From Octopus bimaculoides (Eukaryota), in the NCBI RefSeq assembly GCF_001194135.2, contig NC_069000.1, positions 10,370,825-10,434,824 on the forward strand: a DNA stretch of 64,000 bases. Direction: 5' to 3'. The first letter of the stretch is position 1, and each line of letters opens with the position of its first letter. Made by a program: the position numbers and the translations under genes. The notes below the pieces were generated by a model. The model searched no databases. It saw nothing but the letters and a program-made list of their open reading frames with translations, and was not told where the DNA came from. Positions 26,031 through 38,104 of this stretch are shown here, one piece after another.

Positions 26031-26388
26031 CATTTGTTGAAAGAAGATTAGGGGTGGGTGGGAAAGAAAGATATAAGAATGGCAGCATCGGTAGAGCGCC
26101 AGATAAAATATTTTTTCAGTATATGGTTACATCTTTTTTATATTGAGTTCAAATCTCATAATACTCAACTATGCCTATTTGCCTTTCCAAGGTCGATTAA
26201 TAAAATGCACAAGGAGCAATACACACACACACACTTTCATACATACAAATATATACATATACATACACACACACATATGGGAAGAGATGAGTGTTTTTGA
26301 TTTAATCTACATGACATTTCAATAACACCAGCTAAAGATATTCACTGCAGCAAAGACAGATTCAGATACTCCAAGATATTCTAGCATG

Positions 26389-26424
<36 letters not shown>

Positions 26425-26964
26425 AAGACATTAAAATAATTTAATAAGAGATTACGAGATAGAACATAACCTATTTTTGCAGAATCCACACAATTTGCAT
26501 TTCACAACTCCATTTCGTATATTCTAATTTCCAAATGCTTTGCAATCATTCAAATTCCTCCTCCTTAATCAGAATTGCTAATTCAGAATTTTTAATTGCA
26601 ACTAACTGTGGAGTCAATTAGGTATCAGAATTGTTAATTTTTATAACAATAGCTTATCAGAATTTTCCTATATACATACATACGTAATTATAATGTCTGT
26701 GTGTGTAAATAATAGAATATCTTTTATCTTTCATTTGTTTTAGTCTTTAGACTATGGCCATGCTGAAGCACTGACTTGATGAATTTTTAGTCAAATGAAT
26801 CAACCCTATTACTTATGTTCTCTTTTTTATTTTCAAGTGTGGTACTTAAACTATTGGTCTTTTTTCTTGAATTGCTAAGTTATGTAGACATAAACACACC
26901 AACACCAGTTGTCAAATGGAGGGGGGGGGGGGACAAATACAGACACAAAGATTTATTCTAAATA

Positions 26965-27335
26965 AAACAAGAGCACTCAGAGAGCACAAACCTCTGCCAA
27001 GGCAACACCAACATCTTCTCAATGATTAGCCAGAGGTGATTTTCAAAGTGAGAATATCTGAAATAAACTCGACTGCTCTCACAAATGAGAATACTAAAAA
27101 TGAACCCAATCACTCTCAAAAATTAAGTGAAAAAACAGGAAAAATGATTTAGAATCTTGTCCGGTACCGGATCAATCCCAAAATCTAATTAGATCATGCC
27201 AATCACAAGGCCAAACATCCCTGAAAGTTTAATCCGAATCCACCCAGCAATTGTTGAGATATTTTGTCCACGGACAAACAGACAAACAAATATAACTGAA
27301 AACAATACCTCCGCTTTCACTAAGGCAGAGGTAAT
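26965..27335 (+). mobile_element. Helentron-associated non-autonomous element (HINE/DINE-1-like)
   Basis: 5' sub-terminal acctctgccaagg, a short (ACAA/GACA)n tract near 27273-27290, and a 3' hairpin tacctccgcttt-cact-aaggcagaggta whose right arm is complementary to the 5' motif. Confidence 0.6.
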
Positions 27336-30002
27336 AAGTTAAAATGATGGTTGGTTGAATTGAGTAGTATCTGCCAGCTATCTGTATCTGCTCAAGCAAA
27401 ACAGCTTTTCTCAGAAACCTATACAACAAACATTAATGTGTTTTTCAAGGAAATCTTTCAAATTTCTTTCTTAGTGATCATAACAAAACAAGCCACGTAG
27501 TTCTGGAGATGTGACTCCCACGACCAACTTTATACATGATGCAATTCTCTATATACATCCTGTTTAATTACACAACACGGATTAAGCACTTAACTAAAGC
27601 TGTGTGATTTAAGAAACCCACGTCATATTTGTCTCTGCACATGCACGCACAAAATTGGGGAGTGCTAATTTCTGTCACGGTTTTACATGACAACCAAAGA
27701 ATAACACTTTTACAAATTTCATCATACGATTTTCTGGTGACAAATGCAAGAATTTTATGTGCTACTGTAATCAGGAGTTCCATCCAATAAGCTTTAAAAA
27801 AAAAAATGATAATTAGAAATACTATTTTTAATGTGTGTGTATATAAAAGGTAAATCTAGTTGAGTCACTAATCCCAATAACAAATAGAATACTTGCGAGT
27901 TGCCCATAAAATAATTGTTTGAGCACAAGGCCAGGAATTTCACGGGAATAGGAACAAGTCAACATCAACATCGGTATTTTAACCTCAGAGGGATGAAAGG
28001 CAAATTAACCTCAACAACTAATTCATTCGATTTAATGAGGGTGCTTGTACAGGGTCACTTGATTTACTAGAAATAACAGCCAAATCTCCATTACATTTTA
28101 CTTTACTATCTTTAGAAAGAAGAAAAAAAGGAAGGACATATGGGTAATACATAGTCCTAGATATCACTATTCACAGAAGAGAGCAAGAAAAAGAAGACAG
28201 GATGGGTATTGCTGGGGTTAACCAGGGACTAAATAACACTGTTTCTGTAAGCCAAGCAAAATATTTAGTTTTCTATGAAACCCATTTAAATTGCAATTCC
28301 TGGAGAATACCCAATGGAATTTTTGTATTTTGCTATGTGCCAAAACAACAGAAATTATATTTCTCTTTTCATGTTTTTTAGGTAATAAAAAAAGATGCTC
28401 AATTTTGTTTTCTTATAATTTGTTCTACTTAGGCAAACTACAAGTATATTTTTATTCGTGGCTGTGTGGCTCAGAAGCTTGCTTCCCGAACATGTGGTCT
28501 TGGATTCAGATCCACTGCACAGCACCTTGGGCAAGTGTCTTCTTCAGCCAAAGCTCCGTTATTCTTTTCTTTCACTTCTCAAGCATGACATAATGCCAAA
28601 GGTCTTGGTCATTGCCTCTATGAGGCCCAACACTCGAAAGGAAGTCAGCCATGAAAATCTAAATTCAATATTAGTAGGATTTAAATAGAGAAGCAAAATA
28701 AATTATTTTCTTTATAATTTTAACCCAAGACCAACAATTTTAAGGGATGGGTAAGTCAATTACAACCCCAGGGTTCAACTGGTCCATATTTTATTGACTT
28801 TGGAAGGATGAAAGGCAAAGTTGACCTCAGCAGCATTTGAACTCAGAATGTAAAGAACTGCAGGAAGTGCAGTAACAATTCTACCGCTCACCACCCTTTT
28901 AATAAATCAAATAATTATAAAAAATTATATAATTTAAAGTTAAATTAGTGTAAATATATTTAATGTGGAAACATCAAAAAATTGAAATTATGCAGTAATG
29001 AGTAGAAAATATTAATCAATGACTTATATTTTTATTCCAGCGAATACGGAGATAACTTCAGACCTGCAGGGATCTTATTACAACTTCATCGGTGAAACAT
29101 CATAAACTTCACCATGTTTACCTAAATAGTGATGGCAGAATCACAAAGTAAATACCCAAGAATGAACACTGGCTGGTTCTGAGAAACAGAATTGTTTATA
29201 GAGTAAGCACAGGCAACCTTCAGTCAAAATACTTCATCTGGTCCACAAAGAGATTTTGACCGATCTGTGAGCAAACATTATTGTTTATTGGAGTACAAAA
29301 CAGTTTTTTTTTTTTTTTTGCTTATTCTAAGTGTTCCATATAACCACACTGATGGATCATGAATGGGATTTTGTTACACTGGCCCAAGTGTTGTTTTGTA
29401 GTAATTCAAATACTAATATATCAAAATCCTGAATTGCAGGACCACATTACTCCCCATGCACATTTTGCAGATGCAATCAATCAAGTTTACAAACAGTAAC
29501 AGTCTCATTGTGTTTTAAACAAGAAATCCAATGCTAAATGTCTACTTAAAGAAAGAAAATATAGTTTATTATTGTAAAGTATCTATTTTGTCAACTTTCA
29601 TGCTTAAACAATGGCTATGAACTAGGAATATTCAAGGTTAATCACTTCTTTTCTATGACTGCTGCAGTCTCAGATATACTAGTTAAAAGGCATGCCAAAA
29701 GGATTAATCACATACTGAGAGATACATCAACCTGATATGTCTTGCAAATAATGAGATATCAAATGAACAAGATATTTAAATGTACTACAATACTTATTGA
29801 ATAACTTGAGCTTCGAAGTACAAGGAAAAAATTCCCATGGCAATGATGAATGCAGAATGCAGGATGGTTGACAAAATTTTCAATATACTTGGTCACTGGA
29901 TTACTTCCTCAAGCCCTCTCTAGACAAATGAGAAAAGTTTTGGAACTGGTAAACCAGAGAGCTGCACCAGGTTCCAGTTTGATTTGGCATGGTTTCTTAT
30001 TT

Positions 30003-30229
30003 TTTTTACTGCTCACAAGGGGCCACACACAGAGGGAACAAACAAGGACAGACAAAGGGATTAAGTCGATTACATCGACCCCAATGCATAACTGGTACTT
30101 AATTTATCGACCCTGAAAGGATGAAAGGCAAAGTTGACCTCGGCGGAATTTGAACTCAGAACGTAGCAGCAGACGAAATACCGCTAAGTATTTCACCCAG
30201 CATGCTAATGTTTCTGCCAGCTTCCCGCC
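30003..30229 (-). mobile_element. SINE family B, full length
   Basis: Collinear with 32390-32619. Confidence 0.9.
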
Positions 30230-30387
30230 TTAGCTGAGGGAAATATTACCTTACTTGTAAACAGGCCATGGTTGGCAACAGAAAAGGCATCCAGCCATAG
30301 AAGATCTGCCTAAATAAACTCTGTCCAACTCATACAAGCATAGCAAAGGAGACATTATGAACAATGATGAAAAATAGTTTTCATCTT

Positions 30388-30845
30388 GTTTTGCTGATTT
30401 TCACTTTCATGCAAATGAGTTCGAGCTGCTTGCTACTCCATTTGATGTGTAAGTGGACACTGCATCAGAAAATTATCAACTAGAATTGATCGAGATGCAG
30501 TACGATGACATCTCAAGATATAAATTTTATTCTGAAGATGTGACAGTGCTTGACTTGTATAGAAAATATATTCATCCAAGTGGGAAGTATCCTAACTTAG
30601 TTATCCATGAAAATAAAATGCTAAAACAAAAATAAACAAACACAAAAGTAAAAATGACGGCATCCTTGTTTGGCAGCACTTATCTGTGTGAGCAATTATT
30701 TTCAAAACTGAAGTGCACTAAGAACCATTTGAGAACAAAATTGACTGATGCCCACCTGGATAATGTTTTGCTATCGGCATCACTAAGTCGAACACCCAAT
30801 ACCAAGAAGCTTTCAAGCAACAAACAGCATCAAATTTCTCATTGA
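30388..30845 (+). pseudogene. hAT transposase C-terminal remnant (Buster/SPIN/GTF2IRD2-like)
   Basis: FADFHFHANEFELLATPFDV*VDTASENYQLELIEMQ...KYPNL, then ASLFGSTYLCEQLFSKLKCTKNHLRTKLTDAHL...KQHQISH*. This is the FGSTYxCEQxFS dimerisation motif, with an internal stop and an A-rich insertion. Confidence 0.85.
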
Positions 30846-31368
30846 TTCATCGACCGTTCACATATAAAATTAAATAACTTTCTTATTCTACTCAGTTTAC
30901 TGCCATTCAAAAGCATTCATGTTCATATATTTCGCGTTTTACAGATTCTGGTTTTTTTTTTTTTTTCATGTCTTTCTAATAGATTCTAAAGATGCCCTGA
31001 TTGAAATAAATTGCAACTTAAATTAAATTCTTTGATTACTAATTGGCCTCCTTTTCTAAGTAAAAATGATTTTGTAGCGTATGCCATTCACTGATTTGAT
31101 GGAAAATATAATGAGATTCTGATGTTTGTTCCAAATGTAAATACACACAAACAAACCCAACACGCACACCCACACAGAAATGTACATTAAAGAATACAAC
31201 TATAAGAAGTATAAGTTTTTAGTGATTGCTGTGATGCTTGAAGGAATATATTTAGATAACACTAAACAAATATACAGTTTTTTTTTTTTTTCACAATCTC
31301 TGTGGACAGAAAAAGGTGAGATTAGCCCAATCTATGCTCTCTTCAAAGATCATGCACCCATAATTGCC

Positions 31369-31421
<53 letters not shown>

Positions 31422-31639
31422 CATATAGCCATTTAAAGCCACTAAATATTGTGACTGCACTCTATTCACGGTTTGTAAAATATTTATAATACATCCATCA
31501 TCACCACTACCAAATGTCTCATCTTTCATGCTGACAAGAGTTGGACAGTTTAACAGGAGCTGGTAAGCCAGAGGACTGCAACTAGCTCTGCTGTTTGCTT
31601 TGGTATGGTTTCTATGGCTGGATGTCTTTCCTCCTCCTC

Positions 31640-31800
31640 CTCCTCATCATCGTTTAACATTTGTTGTCCATGCTGGCATGGGTTGGACGATTTGACCAGG
31701 GCTGGCAAGCTGCAAGGCTACACCAGACTCCAGTCTGATTTGGCATGGTTTCTACGGCTAGATGCCCTTCCTAACACCAACCACTCCAAGAGTACAACTC
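31640..31800 (-). mobile_element. RTE 3'-UTR-derived repeat (family C)
   Basis: catcatcgtttaacatt...ccatgctggcatgggttggacgatttgacc...gatgcccttcctaacaccaaccactcc. Confidence 0.8.
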
Positions 31801-32389
31801 CTGTATATATACACACACACATACATATACAGGGTGTCTCTAAAATTACCGCTGCAATTTTTAAAATTGAGGAAAATATAAAAAACGATAACTCAACAGT
31901 GTTTATTGGAAAATACATATATATATATATATACACACACACATATATAATGAAGTTTTGTATTATGTAATTTTGCATGATACAGTTACTTAATGGATAA
32001 ACAGAATGGCAGTTGCTTTGATATTTTTAATTAAAATTTCACATTAATTAAACAATGTTACCATGTTTTGTTGTGGTTTCCTTTAACCTTTGTCAACAAA
32101 AATGTCAATTAAAGCAAAATATTTGTAAAATACAATTAATAAGGAAACAAAATAAAATGTTTAAAAAAAAAAATTGATTCAAGAATGAAGTTTGAAATTA
32201 ACTTAATGCTAACTACAGGACCCATGCTTATCTCTCAGGAGTTTTGAAATGATTGAAAACGGTAAACATCTTCCACGGGATAATGCTCCAGAAAGGCGTG
32301 TCACATGGAAATCAAAACCGAAGTTTTATCCAGAGGTGTAATAAAACAGATCAATGAAATAGACGATCCTGATCAATACCAGTTCATAT

Positions 32390-32619
32390 TTCTTTATTGT
32401 CCACAAGGGGCTAAACATAGAGGGAACAAACAAGGACAGACAAAGGGATATTAAGTCGATTACATCGACCCCAGTGCGTAACTGGTACTTAATTTATTGA
32501 CCCCGAAAGGATGAAAGGCAAAGTCGACCTCGGCGGAATTTGAACTCAGAACATAACGGCAGACGAAATACCGATAAACATTTCACCCGGCATGCTAACG
32601 ATTCTGCCAGCTCGCCGCC
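32390..32619 (-). mobile_element. SINE family B, full length, young
   Basis: Close reverse-complement match to 20334-20550, from head (ctgccagctcgccgcc) to tail. Confidence 0.9.
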
Positions 32620-32837
32620 TTATGATCAATACCAGTTCATGCCAAAGTGATACAACCAAGTTGCTGTGGCAGTGAAATACCAAAGTTGAAAATCTGGTGC
32701 TCACATATCCAGACCTATTCCATTATGCATTTGGATAAAAACTCCAAACCCAATCAATTCCAATAGTTAGCTAGAAAATATTACTTGTGCCCTTTAAAAA
32801 AAATCAAGTAATGGCCCTAAAACACCCATCAGAGTTT

Positions 32838-33032
32838 TTAACCCTTTAACATTCAGATAACTCTGTCAAATGTAATGCTTATTTATTCATATTGTTTTGT
32901 ATTAATCATGCATTATCTCATAGCTTCAAAATTTCGATGAAGTGAATGTTAAAACGATATTGGCCAGTTTGAACATGAAACAGATAAAATATTTAGGGCC
33001 AAATACGACCAGATTAAATGCTAAAGGGTTAA
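32838..33032. mobile_element. piggyBac-like MITE
   Basis: TTAA|CCCTTTAACATT ... AATGCTAAAGGG|TTAA. Related partial copies near 5640-5740, 9410-9610, 12490-12550, 17790-18012, 22910-23120 and 63606-63720. Confidence 0.75.
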
Positions 33033-33319
33033 AAAAGAGTCTGACATTTTAGTGCCCCTGTTTTTTTGTTTTTTTTTTACTTTTCTTTTGTTGCTGCTGA
33101 ATCAAACTTGATGCACTATCAGAATAGAAACTGCAAAACGATGCATGAATATTTTGCTATCAGAATGGGAAGTGGCAGAAGGTAGATACTGAATCATATT
33201 TTGACTATTAAATTTCTTGATTGTGTGTGGATTTTGGGATTTTATTCTTATTTAGAATAATACAGTTCAGATGGATGAGGACAGTTGCATAAAAAAGTGT
33301 TGATCACTTACAGCGGAAA

Positions 33320-33695
33320 GAAGTTGTAGAAGAGGGAGAACCAGGAAGACATGGGACGAAGTAGTGAAAGCAGATCTCAGTATGCTGAACTTCAGAAAGA
33401 AGATAACAGAGGACTAAGATATGTAAGACACTGCTGTACTCGAGAAGACATGCCCACCAAGGTGCCACATAAAATGCATTGGCATGGGTGCTGGTACCAT
33501 GTAAAAAGCATCCAGTACACTCTGTAAACTGGTTGGCATGAGGAAAGGCTTCCAGTCATAGAAACCAAGCAAAAAAACCAAAACAAGATTATGGAACCTG
33601 GTGCATCCCCTGGCCTTGCTAGTTCCTGTCAAGCTGTCCAACTCATGCCAGCATGGAAAATGGACATATGACGATGATGATGATGATGATGATGA
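33320..33695 (+). mobile_element. RTE LINE 3' end: ORF C-terminus plus 3' UTR and (GAT)n tail
   Basis: Translates CRRGRTRKTWDEVVKADLSMLNFRKKITED*, the RGRPRKTW-type RTE C-terminus, and runs into the family C sequence ending gatgatgatgat. Confidence 0.75.
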
Positions 33696-34114
33696 AAAAT
33701 GACTCCAATATCAAACCATGAACTCCCATTATGCTGCTTGCGGGGGGGGCAGAGGAAGAGATATTCATCTAGAAAGACATGACAGAAAGAAGAAACCAAG
33801 AAAATGTCTGGTGAAAAAAACTAACAATGTAGAGTTAGTTAATTGCAAAAGAAGAAATTATGAGAGTAATCAAAGAATCTATCGATTATCTCAATAAAAT
33901 GGGGAAAATGATTTATCCATCTTTATGATTTGGATTCTATATTTGGATCTGTTTTAGTTACTTGAAGAGTACTATGGGATTCAAATGAGAACAGCAGTAT
34001 TAATAAGACAGTTTTATAGCACTAGTATAAGATGAAGAAATTTCAGATTGTAATATAATTCTGGAAAATGGTACAAATATTCAAATTACTATGACTGTGG
34101 AAGTCCTCTTGTTT

Positions 34115-34552
34115 ATCGGACAAGTACTCTCGAGCGTGTTCATTGCCAGAGCAGCTGTCTGGCTTCCGTGCTAGTGGCCCGTAAATAGCACCATTTGAGC
34201 TTAATCGTTACCAGCATTGCCTTCTAGCACATGTGCTGGTGGCACGTTAGAAAATTATTCGAGCGAGGTTGTTGCCAGTGCCGCTGGACTGGCTCCTGTG
34301 CAGGTGGCACGTAAAAAACACCTTTTTTGAGCATAGCTGTTGCCAGTACTGTGTGACTGGCCCTCGTGTCGGTGGCACGTAAAAGCACCCACTACACTCT
34401 CGGAGTGGTTGGCGTTAGGAAGGGCATCCAGCTGTAGAAACTCTGCTAGATCAGATTGGAACCTGGTGCAGCCTTCTGGCTTGCCAGTCCTCAGTCAAAT
34501 CGTCCAACCCATGCTAGCATGGAAAGCGGACGTTAAACGATGATGATGATAT
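34115..34552 (+). mobile_element. RTE 3'-UTR-derived repeat (family C), long copy with internal tandem subrepeats
   Basis: Repeated ggtggcacgtaaaa units, then ggcgttaggaagggcatccagctgtagaaa...catgctagcatggaaagcggacgttaaacgatgatgatga. Confidence 0.85.
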
Positions 34553-35601
34553 ATATATATATCAATATATNNNNNNNNNNNNNNNNNNNNNNNNNNNNNN
34601 NNNNNNNNNNNNNNNNNNNNNNNNNNNNNNNNNNNNNNNNNNNNNNNNNNNNNNNNNNNNNNNNNNNNNNNNNNNNNNNNNNNNNNNNNNNNNNNNNNNN
34701 NNNNNNNNNNNNNNNNNNNNNNNNNNNNNNNNNNNNNNNNNNNNNNNNNNNNNNNNNNNNNNNNNNNNNNNNNNNNNNNNNNNNNNNNNNNNNNNNNNNN
34801 NNNNNNNNNNNNNNNNNNNNNNNNNNNNNNNNNNNNNNNNNNNNNNNNNNNNNNNNNNNNNNNNNNNNNNNNNNNNNNNNNNNNNNNNNNNNNNNNNNNN
34901 NNNNNNNNNNNNNNNNNNNNNNNNNNNNNNNNNNNNNNNNNNNNNNNNNNNNNNNNNNNNNNNNNNNNNNNNNNNNNNNNNNNNNNNNNNNNNNNNNNNN
35001 NNNNNNNNNNNNNNNNNNNNNNNNNNNNNNNNNNNNNNNNNNNNNNNNNNNNNNNNNNNNNNNNNNNNNNNNNNNNNNNNNNNNNNNNNNNNNNNNNNNN
35101 NNNNNNNNNNNNNNNNNNNNNNNNNNNNNNNNNNNNNNNNNNNNNNNNNNNNNNNNNNNNNNNNNNNNNNNNNNNNNNNNNNNNNNNNNNNNNNNNNNNN
35201 NNNNNNNNNNNNNNNNNNNNNNNNNNNNNNNNNNNNNNNNNNNNNNNNNNNNNNNNNNNNNNNNNNNNNNNNNNNNNNNNNNNNNNNNNNNNNNNNNNNN
35301 NNNNNNNNNNNNNNNNNNNNNNNNNNNNNNNNNNNNNNNNNNNNNNNNNNNNNNNNNNNNNNNNNNNNNNNNNNNNNNNNNNNNNNNNNNNNNNNNNNNN
35401 NNNNGAATTTATATATATATATATATATATATATAAACACACAGACACACACATCCATCTTGGAAACTTACTTTGCTCATGTGAAGAATAAAAGTTGTGA
35501 ATACAGTACAAGCCCTAATTTGGTGGTAAATTTTGTGATAATTCCACTCAGTCATTCCAAATGTGTGAAAAAAGTAACAGAAATTAAAACTAAGAATATA
35601 C

Positions 35602-35641
<40 letters not shown>

Positions 35642-36780
35642 CGATGACGACAAAAGAGGTGAGCGAAGAAAAGCAGCCTTTAAATTATTAATTCTTTTTA
35701 AAGTAAACAGATATATGAAATGTTTATGGAAATATCTATCAGGAAGGAGTCAATTTCAACAACTCTTTGTTTTCAAAGATGAGAACGTGTGAACGAAAGA
35801 GTCAACGAGTGAGACTTCCTGTTGCTAAGCAGCAAAGAGAGATTACCTCCCCACGCACCTCCGCCCCCCTTTTTTATTTTAACCTAATAAGCTATAAGAA
35901 ACAATTCACTAAGGTGCCACATTGTCCCAGAATGATGCTGCTAAATTATTAGATTTATCTTTTTGCTTCCACTTATTTTAGTCATTGCATTGCGGCCATG
36001 CTGGGGCATCGCCAAAGTGTTTAGTCAAACAAATCAACCCTCAATACTTAACTGTTATGTCTGGTACTTATTCTATCGGTCTCTTTTGCCAAACTGCTAT
36101 TTTAAGGGGGACATAGACAAACTATCACCATTTGTTAAAGAGAATAACAAACAGTGTTATACGACAGAAGTTTGGCTGCCATTTCTAGCAGGGCGAGCAT
36201 CTACGTAAAGGCTCCTTCGCTGGCGCGTAAAGCGTATTACGTTACACGAAATCACCAGGGTGACTAAAAATGTGAGCAAATACGAACAAAAAATTTACAA
36301 AAATGTATTCCCAATCAAGTTTATTCATCGTGTAAAATCATTTCCTTCGCCAATTAATTTTGAGTTTGGCTTCTCCTAATTTTTTTCTTTTACAGATTTT
36401 TTTTTTTTTTTTTGTGTCACCCCAGATTTTTAGAATGCTGGAAATTTAAAATTAAAATATATTATTTGTATTCCGCGTCTGTCTCGAAAACATAATTTTG
36501 TGAAGTGATTCAAATGAGAAAGCGAAACTTGGTCGCAATCTTAGCTTAGAATTTAAACCAGTTCACACGGGACGGCAGCAACAGGGTTACAGACCAACAA
36601 ATGGTTACGATGGTGACAAACACACTATGATCTACCAGACACATTACCGAAGCGAATATTCTAGAGTTGCGCCAACAGTATGGTGTGCAGTAGAGGTTTG
36701 GGGTCTCCTTGTGCGGTAGCCAAATTGGGAACCTCTCACACCTCTAAACGCAACATGTTTTCGTCTGCAGCAAACGCGTA

Positions 36781-36788
36781 TATAAAAG
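36781..36788 (+). promoter_or_regulatory. Consensus TATA box upstream of a perfect palindrome
   Basis: TATAAAAG at 36781-36788. Function unproven. Confidence 0.3.
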
Positions 36789-36817
36789 TGACCACACTCC
36801 TACAACCCGTCCCCACC

Positions 36818-36856
36818 ACTGTTGCTAACGTCACCAATGGTGACGTTAGCAACAGT
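36818..36856. repeat. Perfect inverted repeat, 19-bp arms with a 1-nt spacer
   Basis: actgttgctaacgtcacca-a-tggtgacgttagcaacagt. Confidence 0.95.
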
Positions 36857-36929
36857 AAACCACGCTGGTGCCAAGATAGTAAACTTCAAAGCGGTGCTAA
36901 CATGTATTAATGATAATCCTGTCTATTAT

Positions 36930-37100
36930 AGGCACATCGACCGCAGTGTTTCATTGGTACTGAATTTATCGATCCCGAAACGATATGAAAGGCAAAGTCG
37001 ACCCCGGCGGAATTTGAACTCAGAACACGAAAACAGACAAAATGCTGCTAAACATTTTGCCTGGCATGGTAAAGATTTTGCTTGGCATGGTAACGATTTT
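36930..37100 (-). mobile_element. SINE family B
   Basis: catcgaccgcagtg...gaaaggcaaagtcgaccccggcggaatttgaactcagaac. Confidence 0.8.
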
Positions 37101-37944
37101 GCCATCTCACCACCTCAGTAATAGTAAATTAATTTCATTAAAAATAAAAGAAAAAAGACTGCAAAGAAAGCTTAAAAGTATTAACTAGTTGTAGATAATA
37201 AATTAAAAAAATTCTAAATTAGATACAAGCTCAGCAATTTCGTGAAAGTTAATCGATTAAATCGATCCTATACCTGACAAGTGCTTTATTTTACCGACTC
37301 CGAAATTATGGAAGNNNNNNNNNNNNNNNNNNNNNNNNNNNNNNNNNNNNNNNNNNNNNNNNNNNNNNNNNNNNNNNNNNNNNNNNNNNNNNNNNNNNNN
37401 NNNNNNNNNNNNNNNNNNNNNNNNNNNNNNNNNNNNNNNNNNNNNNNNNNNNNNNNNNNNNNNNNNNNNNNNNNNNNNNNNNNNNNNNNNNNNNNNNNNN
37501 NNNNNNNNNNNNNNNNNNNNNNNNNNNNNNNNNNNNNNNNNNNNNNNNNNNNNNNNNNNNNNNNNNNNNNNNNNNNNNNNNNNNNNNNNNNNNNNNNNNN
37601 NNNNNNNNNNNNNNNNNNNNNNNNNNNNNNNNNNNNNNNNNNNNNNNNNNNNNNNNNNNNNNNNNNNNNNNNNNNNNNNNNNNNNNNNNNNNNNNNNNNN
37701 NNNNNNNNNNNNNNNNNNNNNNNNNNNNNNNNNNNNNNNNNNNNNNNNNNNNNNNNNNNNNNNNNNNNNNNNNNNNNNNNNNNNNNNNNNGTTGTAGATA
37801 TATATGCTTTATGCATATGTTGTTTCAGGTTCAATTTCACAGCACGACACCTTGCGCAACTATTTTTTTAATTATAGCCCCAGGCTGACCAATGCCTTGT
37901 AAGAGAATTTGGTAGAGTGTGTTTGTGCCACTACTGCTTGACAA

Positions 37945-38104
37945 CTTTTTCGTTTTCTTCCAACCACTTGAAGATCTTTTTTCAATTCTCAACAGATTGT
38001 TTACAAATAATTCCACACAGATGTAAAACTACCTGTGTGGAAAATTTGAAAAGAATCTGTTGAGAACTGTAAAACCTTCGAGCGGTTGGAAGAAAACGAA
38101 AAAG
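37945..38104. repeat. 160-bp fold-back (MITE-like long hairpin)
   Basis: ctttttcgttttcttccaacc...ttctcaacagatt...ttccacacag pairs with ctgtgtggaa...aatctgttgagaa...ggttggaagaaaacgaaaaag around a short loop. Confidence 0.85.

Noticed and set aside
27568-27783. Minus-strand ORF MELLITVAHKILAFVTRKSYDEIC, loosely reminiscent of a small-GTPase strand and helix
   Set aside because: No G-box motifs, a weak AAG acceptor, and no supporting exons.
29229-29260. Possible 32-nt minus-strand phase-0 exon (IGQNLFVDQM) as a second coding exon
   Set aside because: Short pyrimidine tract and a weak GTATTT donor, so it is indistinguishable from chance without transcript data.
34140-34400. Repeated ggtggcacgtaaaa units that could look like a spacer-repeat array
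   Set aside because: They are imperfect internal subrepeats of the RTE-derived family C in eukaryotic DNA, with no cas genes. Not CRISPR.
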